NCBI GenBank assembly: GCA_030390025.1
Contig: CM059431.1
Coordinates: 111,974,001-112,038,000 of the forward strand
Source of the DNA: Squalus acanthias
Lineage: Eukaryota
Direction: 5' to 3'
Length of the DNA: 64,000 nt
Shown in pieces: positions 51,713 to 63,056 of this stretch. The stretch's first letter is position 1, and every line of letters starts with the position of its first letter. The notes under the pieces are model-generated. The model was not told the origin of the DNA. It made no database searches and saw only the letters and a list, made by a program, of their open reading frames with translations. The position numbers and the translations under genes were made by a program.

Positions 51713-52422
51713 GTGTGCTGGCAGTGCTGCGTATGGTAGTGCTGCGTATGCTGGCAGTGCTGCGTATGGCAGTGCTGTGTATGCTGGCGGTGCTGTGTAT
51801 GCTGGCAGTGCTGTGTATGCTGGCGGTGCTGCGTATGGCAGTGCTGCGTATGCTGGCGGTGCTGCGTATGGCAGTGCTGCGTGTGCTGGCGGTGCTGCGT
51901 GTGCTGGCGGTGCTGCGTGTGCTGGCGGTGCTGCGTGTGCTGGCAGTGCTGCGTATGGTAGTGCTGCGTGTGCTGGCAGTGCTGCGTGTGCTGGCAGTGC
52001 TGCGTATGGTAGTGCTGCGTGTGCTGGCGGTGCTGCGTGTGCTGGCGGTGCTGCGTGTGCTGGCGGTGCTGCGTATGGCGGTGCTGCGTGTGCTGGCGGT
52101 GCTGCGTGTGCTGCGTGTGCTGGCGGTGCTGCGTATGGTTGTGCTGGCGGTGCTGTGTATGCTGGCGGTGCTGCGTATGGTTATGCTGGTGGTGCTACGT
52201 ATGGCGGTGCTGGCGATGCTGTGTATGGTAGTGCTGCATGTGTTGGCGCTGCTGCGTATGCTGGCGGTGCTGTGTATGGTAGTGCTGTGTATGGTAGTGC
52301 TGCATGTGTTGGCGCTGCTGCGTATGCTGGCGGTGCTGTGTATGGTAGTGCTGCGTATGCTGGCGGTGCTGTGTATGGTAGTGCTGCGTATGGTAGTGCT
52401 GCGTATGCAGGCGGTGCTGCAT
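51713..52422 (+). repeat. GC-rich minisatellite of mixed 18-nt and 15-nt units
   Basis: Units GTGCTGYGTRTGCTGGCR and GTGCTGYGTATGGYR, roughly 40 copies. Confidence 0.95.
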
Positions 52423-53459
52423 ACTCTGGTAACTGGGGAAGGAAATTCAATTATGGTGTCATTACATCATGTAGATTATTGTATCCCTTTGTAGTGAAAA
52501 TCAATGCTTGTTTTGTTAAGCTGCTTGGTAAACAAAGCATTTCATACTGATTTTCAATTATGGTAGAAATGGGGGCTTTGCCCAGTTTTGTTGAACTATT
52601 TGTTCCGTTTACAAGCTTCCATCAAACGTGGTTAACCAACAGTCCCTGGTACTTGGTAGTTTGGTTTATATTCAGATACATTGGAATAAATGTTCATCTG
52701 ACTTCACTTGCAGATTGTTGTGGGCAATGTAGCTTGGTCCTGGTTATTTTAATGAAAAGAACAAAATTGATATGTACTATTTCTATACTCCGTTTAGTTT
52801 AAATCAGTAGTTTATTTTGCATGGCCTGTATTTACTTATGTTCTGTTTGGAAGTTCTTTGAAATCTGTTGTTTCATGGTGTCAGCTTTGGAAAACTGATT
52901 TGAACGTCTATGCACATTATATTACATGCTAATAAAATGTCTAGATTGGAAGTATTAGTGTACAATATAATGTGTAAAAATAAGCTTGATTTACCTATGC
53001 CTGCCAATGGCAATTATCAATGTTAGTGTTTTGGGAATTGTTTGTGTGTCCACATTCACGGCCAAAAATCAGAGTGGACTTCAGGCCTTTTCCCCACCTG
53101 CGCTGCTCAGGATACCCCCTTCCTGAATCCTTTTGCCGCTGAAGTTTTTTAACGCAGATGCGCACAGTGAATCAGAAATTCCTGGCTGGTGTCGGTAACC
53201 ATATTCAGTTTTTCCACTTTGCAACTGCAGGACTTGGAACAGTGGGGTCCTGGAACAGTGTGAGAGGTGTAACAGAAACAAATAATGTTGCTACATTACA
53301 ACTGTGATGACACTTCAAAAGTACCTCATTGTCTGTAAAGTGCTTTGGGATGTCTTGAGATCCTGAAAGGCTCTATATAAATGCAAGTCTTTGTTCTCTT
53401 TTTTTCACTCACACACACTTTCTTTTTCTCTCTTACTTTCTCTCTCTCTTACCAATGTT

Positions 53460-54535
53460 AACAGATAACAGAGAGTAGGAATAAATGGGTCTTTTTCGGG
53501 GTGGCAGGCGGTGACTAGTGGGGTACCACAGGGATCAGTGCTTGGGCCCCAGCAATTCACAATATATATCAATGATTTGGATGAGGGAACCAAATGTAAT
53601 ATTTCCAAGTTTGCTGACGACACAAAACTAGGTGGGATTGTGAGTTGTGAGGAGGATGCAAAGAGGCTTCAAGGCGATTTAGACAAGTTGAGTGAGTGGG
53701 CAAATACATGGCAGATGCAGTATAACGTGGATAAATGTGAAGTTATCCACTTCGGTAGGAAAATCAGAAAGGTAGAGTATTATTTAAATGGTGTTAGATT
53801 GGGAAATGCTGATGTACAAAGGGACCTGGGTGTCCTTGTACACCAGTCACTGAAAGCAAACATGCAGGTGCAGCAAGCAGTTAGGAAGGCAAATGGTATG
53901 TTGGCCTTCATTGCAAGAGGATTTGAGTACAGGAGCAAGGATGTCTTAATACAGTTGTACAGGGCCTTGGTGAGACCACACCTGGAGTACTGTGTGCAGT
54001 TTTGGTCTCCTTACCCAAGAAAGGATATACTTGCCATAGAGGGAGTGCAGCGAAGGTTCACCAGACTGATTCCAGGGATGGCAGGACTGTCGTATGAGGA
54101 GAGATTGGGTTGACTAGGCCTGTATTCACTAGAGTTTAGAAGAATGAGAGGGGATCTCATTGAAACGTATAAAATTCTGACGGGGCTAGACAGACTGGAT
54201 GCAGGGAGGATGTTTCCCCTGGCTGGAGGGTCTAGAACGAGGGGTCACAGTCTCAGGATACGGGGTAGGACATTTAGGACTGAGATGAGGAGAAATTTCT
54301 TCACGCAGAGGGTGGTGAACCTGTGGAATTCTCTACCACAGAAGGCTGTGGAGGCCAAGTCACTGAATATATTTAAGAAGGAGATAGATAGATTTCTAGA
54401 CACAAAAGGCATCCAGGGGGATCGGGAGAGAGTGGGAATATGGTATTGAGATAGAGGATCAGCCATGATCATATTGAATGGCAGAGCAGGCTCGACGGGC
54501 TGAATGGCCTAGTCCTGCTCCTATTTTTCTATGTT
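53460..54535 (+). mobile_element. Relatively young 5'-truncated CR1 LINE
   Basis: GVPQGSVLGP, SKFADDTKL and RPHLEYCVQFWSP. The frame is broken only by one TGA at 54111-54113 and continues to 54449. The 3' UTR ends near 54535. Confidence 0.93.
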
Positions 54536-54672
54536 TCCCTCTAATTTTTTTTTGGGTTGCGCAGCCCATTCAAATTTCCGCCCATGCGTGGTTGTTCCAT
54601 TTAAAAGCCAGTGAGCCGGCTGCACGGGACCGCCAGACTGGCGCGTGGATGCACAGCTTAACGAGAACATTG
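54531..54672. mobile_element. Second copy of the 167-bp hAT MITE (reverse orientation), with its left TIR split by CR1
   Basis: Reverse-complement match to 44546-44712. The missing CAATGTT start lies at 53453-53459. A lone right end of this TIR type occurs at about 30290-30354. Confidence 0.75.
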
Positions 54673-54869
54673 TTTCTTTCTTTCTCTCTCACTTTCTCGT
54701 TCTCTATTTTTCTTTCTCTCCTTTTTTCTCCTTCCTTTCTTTCACACTTAAATTTGTAAAATCAATCAATAGGGTGGGAGGAGGCTTGTGTAGAGCATAA
54801 ACACTGGCATAGACTATTTGGGGTGAATGGCCTGTTTCTGCGCTGTAAATTCTATACAGTTATGTAAAT

Positions 54870-55213
54870 TCATAACTTCTGCCCCCATTTTTTCGGCCGA
54901 CAGCTGTTGATTCTGCTATTCCCATTTCCACCTCTTCCAGACCCATCTTTTGTTCCTTTACTTGTCCCATTCCCATCTCCTTTTGCCTTGTACAATCATC
55001 CCTTTTGTCATTTAATCACTCCTGCCTTTCACCCTATCACAGACCTTCCCTTTTGATCTTTCCCTGCCCCTGCACTTGCTTTAAAAACTTACATCTCTAA
55101 CTTTTTTCCAGTTCTGACGAAAGGTCATCGACCTGAAACGTTGACTCTGTTTCTCTCTCCACAGATGCTGCCTGACCCGCTGAGTATTTCCAGCATTTTC
55201 TGTTTTTATTTCT
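54870..55213 (+). mobile_element. Solo Penelope pLTR/3' UTR fragment, inserted at a CR1 3' tail
   Basis: Pyrimidine-rich 3' UTR ending with the same sequence as 39811-39913. Preceded by a CR1 3' end at about 54770-54856. Confidence 0.75.
55110..55146 (+). ncRNA. Minimal hammerhead ribozyme motif, solo copy
   Basis: AGUU-CUGACGA-A-AGGUC auc GACCU-GAAAC-GUU-GACU. Confidence 0.75.
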
Positions 55214-55610
55214 GTAAATTCTATGGTTAATTGTGAAGTATAAAAGTGATTGAAAATTATGCACTCTGTTTAATTGTAATGTAAAAGTTCCAGATTCTCT
55301 GGGGCACATACTCCTGGCTCCCCTTAATGTACTAACAGTGCTGGTGGGGGAGGAGGAAGAGGAGATGTGGGGATAGCATTTGAAGGAGTGTGCGCACCTC
55401 TGAATTTTTCTGCATATTAACCTGATTGGAATGGTAAAGAACACTCTCCTGTTTATTATTAGGCAATTTTTATATAGAACACTTTTTTTCCTTCAAGCAA
55501 TAAATTATTTGAAAAGGGTCAATTTTGTCAGTAGTGGCTCCATATTAAAATGTTCTATGACATGCAATTAGTAATTGGCCTCTCAATTAGCTGAGGCACA
55601 CATAATGGTA

Positions 55611-55929
55611 CAGGTTGAGCGTCCCGAATCCGGAATGTTCCGGAATCCGGACTCCGGGACGATTGGTGGCAGGGGTCCGGAATCCATAAAATGTTCCGGA
55701 ATCCGGACACCCTGAGGGAGGCTTACCAAAAACTGGAAATAGCGCAACCTGGGCCCAGGCATTTCCGGACTCGGCACGTGTTTCTGATGTCCGAAGTCCG
55801 GAAATATCGCAACCTGGGCTCTGGCATTTCCGGACTTCGGACATCAGAAACACGTTCCGAAGTCCGGAAAAACCCGAAAACCGGCTCGGCCTCGATCCCG
55901 AGGTTGCCGGATTCTGGACGCTCAACCTG
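55611..55929. mobile_element. Tc1/mariner (Tigger/pogo-like) MITE
   Basis: 23-bp TIR CAGGTTGAGCGTCC(C/A)GAATCCGG matching 22/23, with TA on both sides. The CAGGTTGAG start recalls Tigger4/MER46. Confidence 0.87.
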
Positions 55930-57009
55930 TAGTAGCACATTAGGGATCAGCAGAAAGCCCATCTCAACTGTTCTGAATTGGAGAACCTTTGAGACAATGC
56001 GTTCGATAGGCTTTGGGTTGTTTTAGTTTCATTGTCAAGTCGGAACATTTCTTCGTGTGTTAACCTAGAAAGTTATTGTAATGAGGCTATTCAACTGTGG
56101 TGGGCTACATCTTACTAACCCAATTGTATCCTCATCGGACATTCAGACACATGTGCTCCCCAGCCGGGATCGATGGATCGTGAGTGATCCCTGCCGTTCT
56201 GATGGATTTTTTTTTACCCAGGCCAGGTTTGCTGAGGCTAATTGTAATGCCTCAATTTGCGATCAACTCAGTTAGCAGGGAAGGAACCTGAGATTGCGTA
56301 AATTTGGATATCAGGAACATTGAACTCTCCGTTGGACTGGTGCAAAGTATCTACTTTGTGATTGGTAGTCTGTCAGCTTGGAGTGGGAGGAGGTGTGGGG
56401 AAGATTGGCAGCCAGATTTAAATCACTTGGAGGAGGGCCTTTGTGCTAGACATGATACCCCTCCCAAAAAGGAGTTTATTCATTTCCAAATCGTCTTAAG
56501 GATGGCTTGTATGTTTTATTTGCAATGTGTGGATGGAACATCTAATTTGATAAGTCGGCATAGATCCCCGCATTCTCAAACTTCAAAGCAATAAGCTACA
56601 CATTCAAATCTGAGAAATATTTTACCCTTTATTTTTTGCCTGCTTTTGTTTCTCCTCCACCTGTTCCCCTTCACACTGAAGCTGTTTATGCTGCTTGGGT
56701 CCAGTTTCCCAAGTACTAGGTGCCCTCAGGGTGGTCATCGTCCAGTGTGGTCATTCTTTATTTGTGAGTTTAAATGGTGAGCGTGAGGTTATATAACTGC
56801 AGCCGCGCCCAACCCTGACCTGTCCTCCACCTGCAGCCGTATACGTTCATCCTCCAGAAATCCTGGATTTTTTCCTCCTCCTATATACTGAAAGCACTGA
56901 GGCCAATTATAGCATCCTGACCTCCATCAGCTAACTCAGCATAGAGTTGGTTAAGCGAAACTTGCAAGATTTTCGTGGACTTTCAAAGTAAATCTAGTTC
57001 TGTGTGCTG

Positions 57010-57340
57010 GATTATCTCTGTAACCTTCTCCAGCCCTACAATGCTCCGAGGTCGCTGCGCTCCTCCAATTCTGACCTCTAGTGCATCCCTGATTTTAATC
57101 GCTCCACCATTGGTGGCTGTGCCTTCAGCTGCTTGGGCCCTTAGCGCTGGAATTCCCTCACTAAACCCCTCCTCCTCTCTACCTCTCCTCCTTTAAGACG
57201 CTCCTTAAAACCTATCACATCTGTCCTAATATCTCCTTATGTGGCTCGTTGTCAAATTTTGTCTGATAACGCTCCTGTGAAGCGCCATGGGATGTTTTAC
57301 TACGTTAAAGGCGCTATATAAAAGCAAGTTGTTGTTGTTG
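57010..57340 (+). mobile_element. L2 3' end
   Basis: GTGAAGCGCC.TGGGA.GTTTTACTACGTTAAAGGCGCTATATAAA.GCAAG(TTG)n. Further 3' ends at about 4625-4812 (+), 7495-7765 (+), 12050-12112 (-) and 13882-14045 (-), and an internal piece at 22100-22240. Confidence 0.85.
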
Positions 57341-57660
57341 ATTAATTATGACCATCAGCCAGGTGGCTGTGCTTATTATTTTTTTTAAAAGAGTGCCATG
57401 ATTGGCAACTGATGTGCTGGGCATCAAGTTCAGTACTAAACTGAAACAAACTTTTATTTTATCATTGCTATGGAATTCCCAGCATTGGTTCCTTTTGTGA
57501 CTCGCAGTATTGTGTTATAGCAAAAATCAGAACGATAATTTGTCTGGCTTGAGTTGCCAAACACTCGATTATGCCTGTGAGCACTGTGCAATATCCTGAA
57601 AGGGTTAATAGGATGAAGTGATGGTGCGCTGGAAGCATGAATGGATTGCTGCGAGTTCTT

Positions 57661-58368
57661 GGCCTGGAGGGTGCACTGGTTCCAGTGCAGTTCGGCCAAA
57701 CCAGCGTAAAAGAACGAGGAATTTCAAGCACAAATTATGTTCAGCACAATTCGAGTTTCCATGATCTTTTGCACTAGTTTTTTTTAAAGAAGTGCTAGAA
57801 ACTGGCCCCGCCCACAAAACTGGCCCCGCCCCCAGATTGAATTTATCACCACGGCGAGTTTCCACTAATTGCGGCCGTTTCCGAGCCTTCGAGGAGGCTC
57901 TTAAAATTAAGCTTTTATTTAGGTGCAAGGACACTAATAGGCTCCTTTTTAAAAAGTAAATATTAAAAGATTTAATTTACTAAGAAACTGACTGCCGTAC
58001 GCCAATAAAACTAACAAATGGTTCTGTATTATTTTTAAGGTAATTTTCAGTTATTTAAAATGGGGTTACTCGCAGATGACACTCTGATTTAAAAATGTGT
58101 ATTTTTTGTGATCAACCTGTTTTCAGCTGTATTAATCAAACTGCACCAGGTCGCCACTCTTAACTATGTGAAGGAAAATTTTTAAATGCAAGAAAAAAAA
58201 CCCCAAACAACTCCGTTCTAAAACGCTGCCCGATTGTGCTGGTTCATGGAAGATTTTACGTTCGGTGATGTGCAAATGAGTTTGAGCGAAAAAAAAAAAT
58301 TCAATTCTGAAAGCTAGCACGATTTGTGCCTGGATTTCTGACTGCGCCCAAAGAGGTAACTCTAGGCC
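57661..58368. mobile_element. TIR MITE (Harbinger-like)
   Basis: Termini GGCCTGGAG and CTCTAGGCC, with GC-rich ends around an AT-rich core. Related copy at 5425-5935. Confidence 0.55.
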
Positions 58369-59269
58369 TTTGTATCTGGTCCGTGTTAAAAATTCAAGTG
58401 ATTAGCAGAGATTAAGATAGTTGCAGAAAGGAGAGGTTGCTGGGTTATAATCGCACCTTTGTTTCTCAACATGCCTCCTCACCAGTCTGGAATGCTAGCG
58501 TGTGACTCAACAGGCTGGTAAGGCCATACCCAATCCAGAATGATGACCTCTGAAGTTTAACTAAAGGTGGTGACCTCAGTTGTGTTCATGAATGCATCGT
58601 TTCTTAGATAAATAAAAAGGGTGTCACCTGAGGTACTGCTTTGCTGAGTGACACCTAATTTAGGATTGTTGTTGTAGCAGCTTGAGAACTACTTGCTGAA
58701 CTGTTGACGTTTGTTGTTCTCATTGTAACAGTCTTTTTATGCTCAGCTCTTCATCTCACCCCACCCCCACCCCTCCCCTTCCTGGCACCTTTTACTGTTT
58801 TCTCATTTCTTATCAGTGATTCCACATCATCAAGCAGGGTGGATCCACTTCGCCTTGGCGCTGTCAGTTAAACTGCTGAGTGGCTCCATTAGGCCACTGT
58901 ACTTGCGTAAGCAGTGTGGGACGAACCGCAATCTTGACTCTTAATCTTCCAGTTCAAACATGGACCTCTGGCTTGGGAGTCTTGTGTTCTAGCATAGCTC
59001 CTGAGTTGCTTTATTTCGTGGTGTATTGGTGTAAATAAGTTTTAGATTTTTTTTCTGAAAACAAGAGTGAGCAAGGCCCATTTGAGGCTGCCCAACTTTC
59101 CCTAAGTCAGTAGAAGTTGTACGTATCAAAATGTTTTGAGTTCAAAGAACAAAACCAATCTTTTTTAAGAACAGATAAAGCTGGAAAACACTCAGCAGGT
59201 CAGGCAGCATCTGTGGAGAGAGAAACAGAGTTAACGTTTCAGGTCGGTGACTATCCTAACTGGAAGATG

Positions 59270-59810
59270 CATAGAGTACACAAGCGAAGAAGTTATGTTA
59301 AACCTTTATAAAACACTTCTTTCGGCCTCAGCTGGAGTATTGTGTCCAGTTCTAGGCACCACACTTCAGGGAGGATGTCAAGGCCTTGGAGAGGGTGCAG
59401 AGGAGACTTACTAGAATGGTACCAGGGTTGAAAGACTTCAGTTACATGGAGAGACCAGAGAAACTGGGTTTGTTCTCCTTAGAGCAGGGAAGGTTAAGGG
59501 GAAATTTGATAGAGGTGTTAAGAATCATGAAGGGTGTTGATGGAGTAAATAAGGAGAAACTGTTTCCAGTGGCAGAAGGGTCAGTAACCAGAGGGCACAG
59601 GTTTAAGATAATTGGCCAAAAAAAAGCAACATGATGGAAACAAATTTACGCAGTGAGTTGTTATGATCTGGAATGCACTGCCTGAAGGGAATTAGGATAC
59701 ATACTTGGGGAAAAATTGCAGGGCTATGGGGAGTGGGACTAATTGGATAGCTCTTTCAAAGAGGCACGATGGGCCGAATGGCCGCCTTCTGTGCTGTATG
59801 CTTCTATGAA
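59270..59810 (+). mobile_element. CR1 3' fragment
   Basis: LERVQRRLTRMVPGLK..TRGHRFK plus 3' UTR. Same subfamily as 46075-47480. Confidence 0.88.
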
Positions 59811-60309
59811 ATAGATTGGTGGCATGTACTTTGTTTATATGCCTTTATGGCAGAGTTGTCTGATTAAGTTGCGGAAGAAGTGCATTATCTGTGCTGGATT
59901 CACCTTTTATAAGCATTTGAGAGATTGTTCACCCTGGCTGTCAATTGCGCCGTAAATTGTGTGATTACTTTACCTTTAACATACAGTGAATAAAAGTAAC
60001 AGTGTCATGAAACATTTGAGCATGTGATTGTACCCTGTTGAGTGCCTACTGTATCAAAAAGTGCCTACTGTATCAAAATAGCTGAAGATTAGGGAATCCA
60101 GCATACTTGGTATGTACAACGGGCTTTCATTTCTCTTTGCTTTGTTTAGCAGGACTAATTTTCACTTTCAAAGGATTACTGTAAGAACTTTGTGCTGAGG
60201 TTTTTGTTTCCAACTGAGTTGAAATCTACTGTGTGGCAGACTGACAGATGGAACACACACACACACAAACACACACACACCTCAGAAACTAGGCAGGGTC
60301 TTACTTTCA

Positions 60310-60787
60310 TAAGAGCGTAAGAAATAGAAGCAGGAGAAGACCAAACCCCTCGAGCCTGCTCCGCCATTCAATAAGATCATAGCTGATCTTCGACCTCAAC
60401 TCCACTTTCCCGCACTATCCCCATATCCCTTGATTCCCTTAGTGCCCAAAAATCTATCGATCTCCGTCTTGAATATACTCATCGACTGAGCCTCCACAGC
60501 CCTCTGGGGTAGAGAATTTCAAAGATTCACAACTCTGAGTGAAGAAATTTCTCCTCATCTCAGTCCTAAATAGCCGACACCTTATCCTGAGACCTATGAC
60601 CCCTAATTCTAGACTCTCCAGCCAGGGGAAACAGCCTCTCGGCATCTAACCTGTTGAGCCCTCTTAAGAATTTTATACATTTCAGTGAGATCACCTCTCA
60701 TTCTTCTGAACTCCAGAGAGTATAGGCCCATTCTACACACCCTCTCCTCAAAGGACAACCCTCTTATAGCCCAGGAATCAATCTAGT
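60310..60787 (-). mobile_element. CR1 3' fragment (subfamily of 53460-54535)
   Basis: FRTEMRRNFFTQ and matching 3' UTR. A shorter 3' end lies at about 50030-50165. Confidence 0.87.
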
Positions 60788-60934
60788 TTTTCATATTGAT
60801 CAGGATAATACTTGGCTTAGCGAATTCATCCAGTTAGTAACAGCCATATGAATGAGGTTGAAACCCAATATCTGTGTTGCAGTAGCTGATATGAACCAGG
60901 CTAGGGTGTTACCATTAGGTTCCAGCCTAATTAT

Positions 60935-63045
60935 AGAATCATAGAATGATACAGCACAGAAGGAGGCCATTAGGTCCATCATGCCTGTGCCAGCTCTTTG
61001 AAAGAGCTATCCAATTAGTCCCACTCCCCAGCCCTGCCCCCATAGCCCTGCAATTTTTTCCCCTTCAAGTATTTATCCAATTCTCTTTTTCAAGTTATTA
61101 TTAAATCTGTTTCCTCTGCCCTTTCATGCATTCCAGATCATCATAACTCGCCGTGTAAATTTTGTTTTCCTCATGTCGCCTTTTTTTTTTACCAATTACT
61201 TGAAATCTGTGTCCTCTAGTCACCAACCCTTCTGCCACTGGATAATAGTTTCTCCTTATTTACTCAATCAAAACCCTTCATAATTTTGAACACCATTATC
61301 AAATCTCCCATTAACCTTATCTACTCTAAGGAGAACAAACCCAGTTTCCCCAGTCTCTCCACGTAACTGAAGTCTTTCATCCCTGGTACCATTCTAGTAA
61401 ATCTCCTCTGCACCCTCTCCAAGGCCTTGACATCCTTCCTAAAGTTTGGTGCCCAGAATTGGCTACAATACTCCAACTGGGGCCGAACAAGTGTATTATA
61501 AAGGTTTAGCCTAACTTCCTTGCTTTTGTACTCTATACCTCTATTTATAAAACCAAGGAAAACGCACGCCTTTTTAACAGCCTTCTCACCTTGTCCTGCC
61601 ATATTCAAAGACTTGTGTAAGTATACCTTCAGGTCTCTCTATTCCTGCACCCCCTTCAAAATTGTACCATTTAGTTTATATTGCCTCTCATTCTTTTTTA
61701 CCAAAATGAATGACTTCACACTTCATCTGCCATGTGACTGTCCATTTCACTAGTCTGTATGTCCTCCTGAAGGCTGTTGCTATCCTCCTCACTGTTTACT
61801 ACATTTCTGAGGCTTGTGTCATCTGTAAACTTTGAAATTATGCCCTGTATACCCAAGTCCAGGTCATTAATATATATCAAGAGCAGCAGTGGTCCCAAGA
61901 CTGACCCCTGGGGGACACCATTGCACACTTCCCTCTAGTCTGAAAAATAACTGTTCACCATTACTCTCTGCTTTCTGTCCCTTAGCCAATTTCGTATCCA
62001 CGCAGCCACTGCCCCTTTAATCCCATGGGCTTTAATTTTTCTAACCAGTCCTCCTGTCCTCTGGCACCACTCCCATATCTAAGGAGGATTGGAAGATTGT
62101 GGCCAGAGCCTGTGCAATTTCCACCCTTGCTTCCCTCCGCAAACTAGGATGCATCCCATCCGAGCCGGGTGACTTTTCTACTTTGAGCAATGACAGCCTT
62201 TTAAGTACCTCCTCTTTATCTATATTTATCCTATCCAATTGCTCTACTACCTCCTCCTTTACTGTGCCATTGGCAGCATCCTCTGCATTAGTGAAGACAG
62301 ATGCAAAGTACTCATTTAGTACCTCAGCCATGCCCTCTGCTTCCACAAGATCTCCTTTTTGGCCCTTAATCGGCCCCACCCTTTTTTTGACTACCCTTTT
62401 AAAAATGTATCTGTTTATAAAAGATCTTTTGCGTTCCCTTTTATGTCACCCGCTAATCTATTTTCATACTCTCTCTTTGCCCCTCTTTTTTCCAGTTCTC
62501 CTCTACATTTTGTATTCAGCTTGGTTCTCTAATGAACCTGACATTTATCATAAGCCTCCTTTTTCTGTTTCATTTTAATCTCTATAACTTTAGTCATCCA
62601 GAGAGGTCTAGTTTTGGATGCCCTTCCTTTCCCCCTCGTGGGACTGTGTTTAGTCAAATCCAAACTATTTCCTTTTTTGAAGGGCGCCCATTGCTCATTT
62701 GCTGTTTTACCTGCTAATCTTTGATTCCAATCCACTTGGGCCAGATTCCTTTTCAACTCACTGAAATTAGCCCTCCTCCAGTTAAGTATTTTCACATTTG
62801 ATTTTTCCTTGTCCTTTTCCATAACTACTATAAACCTAATATTGTAATCCTTGTTTCCCAAATTCGTCCCCACTGTAACATGCTCCACTTGCCTCACTTC
62901 ATTCCCCAGAACTAGAGCCAGCACTGTTTCCTTCCTCTGGCTGATCAAGAAAGTTCTCTTGTACGCATTTCAGGAATTCCTCCCCCTATTTGCCCTTTAC
63001 ATTGTTATTTGCCCAGTCTATATTAAGCCTCCCATTATCACTACT
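60935..63045 (-). mobile_element. CR1 LINE, about 2.1 kb with internal deletions
   Basis: NWRRANF, AEVLNEYFASVF, KSPGSDGMHP, GVPQGSVLGP, KFTDD and RPQLEYCSQFW in broken frames. Confidence 0.92.
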
Positions 63046-63056
63046 CTAAAAATCTC

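Noticed and set aside
51713..52422. CRISPR-like array
   Set aside because: No unique spacers, no cas genes, and a eukaryotic context.
51669..52550. 293-aa Gly/Ala/Tyr/Cys-rich ORF as a keratin-associated or egg-case-like gene
   Set aside because: It has a non-ATG start, overlapping frames are equally open, and it has no signal peptide. It is fully explained by a minisatellite with unit lengths divisible by 3.
60804..60845. Candidate next LMO7 exon (CAG|GAT AAT..)
   Set aside because: It translates DNTWLSEFIQ rather than the expected DNINVFL.AC-type sequence, and the acceptor is poor. No further LMO7 exon was found by eye.
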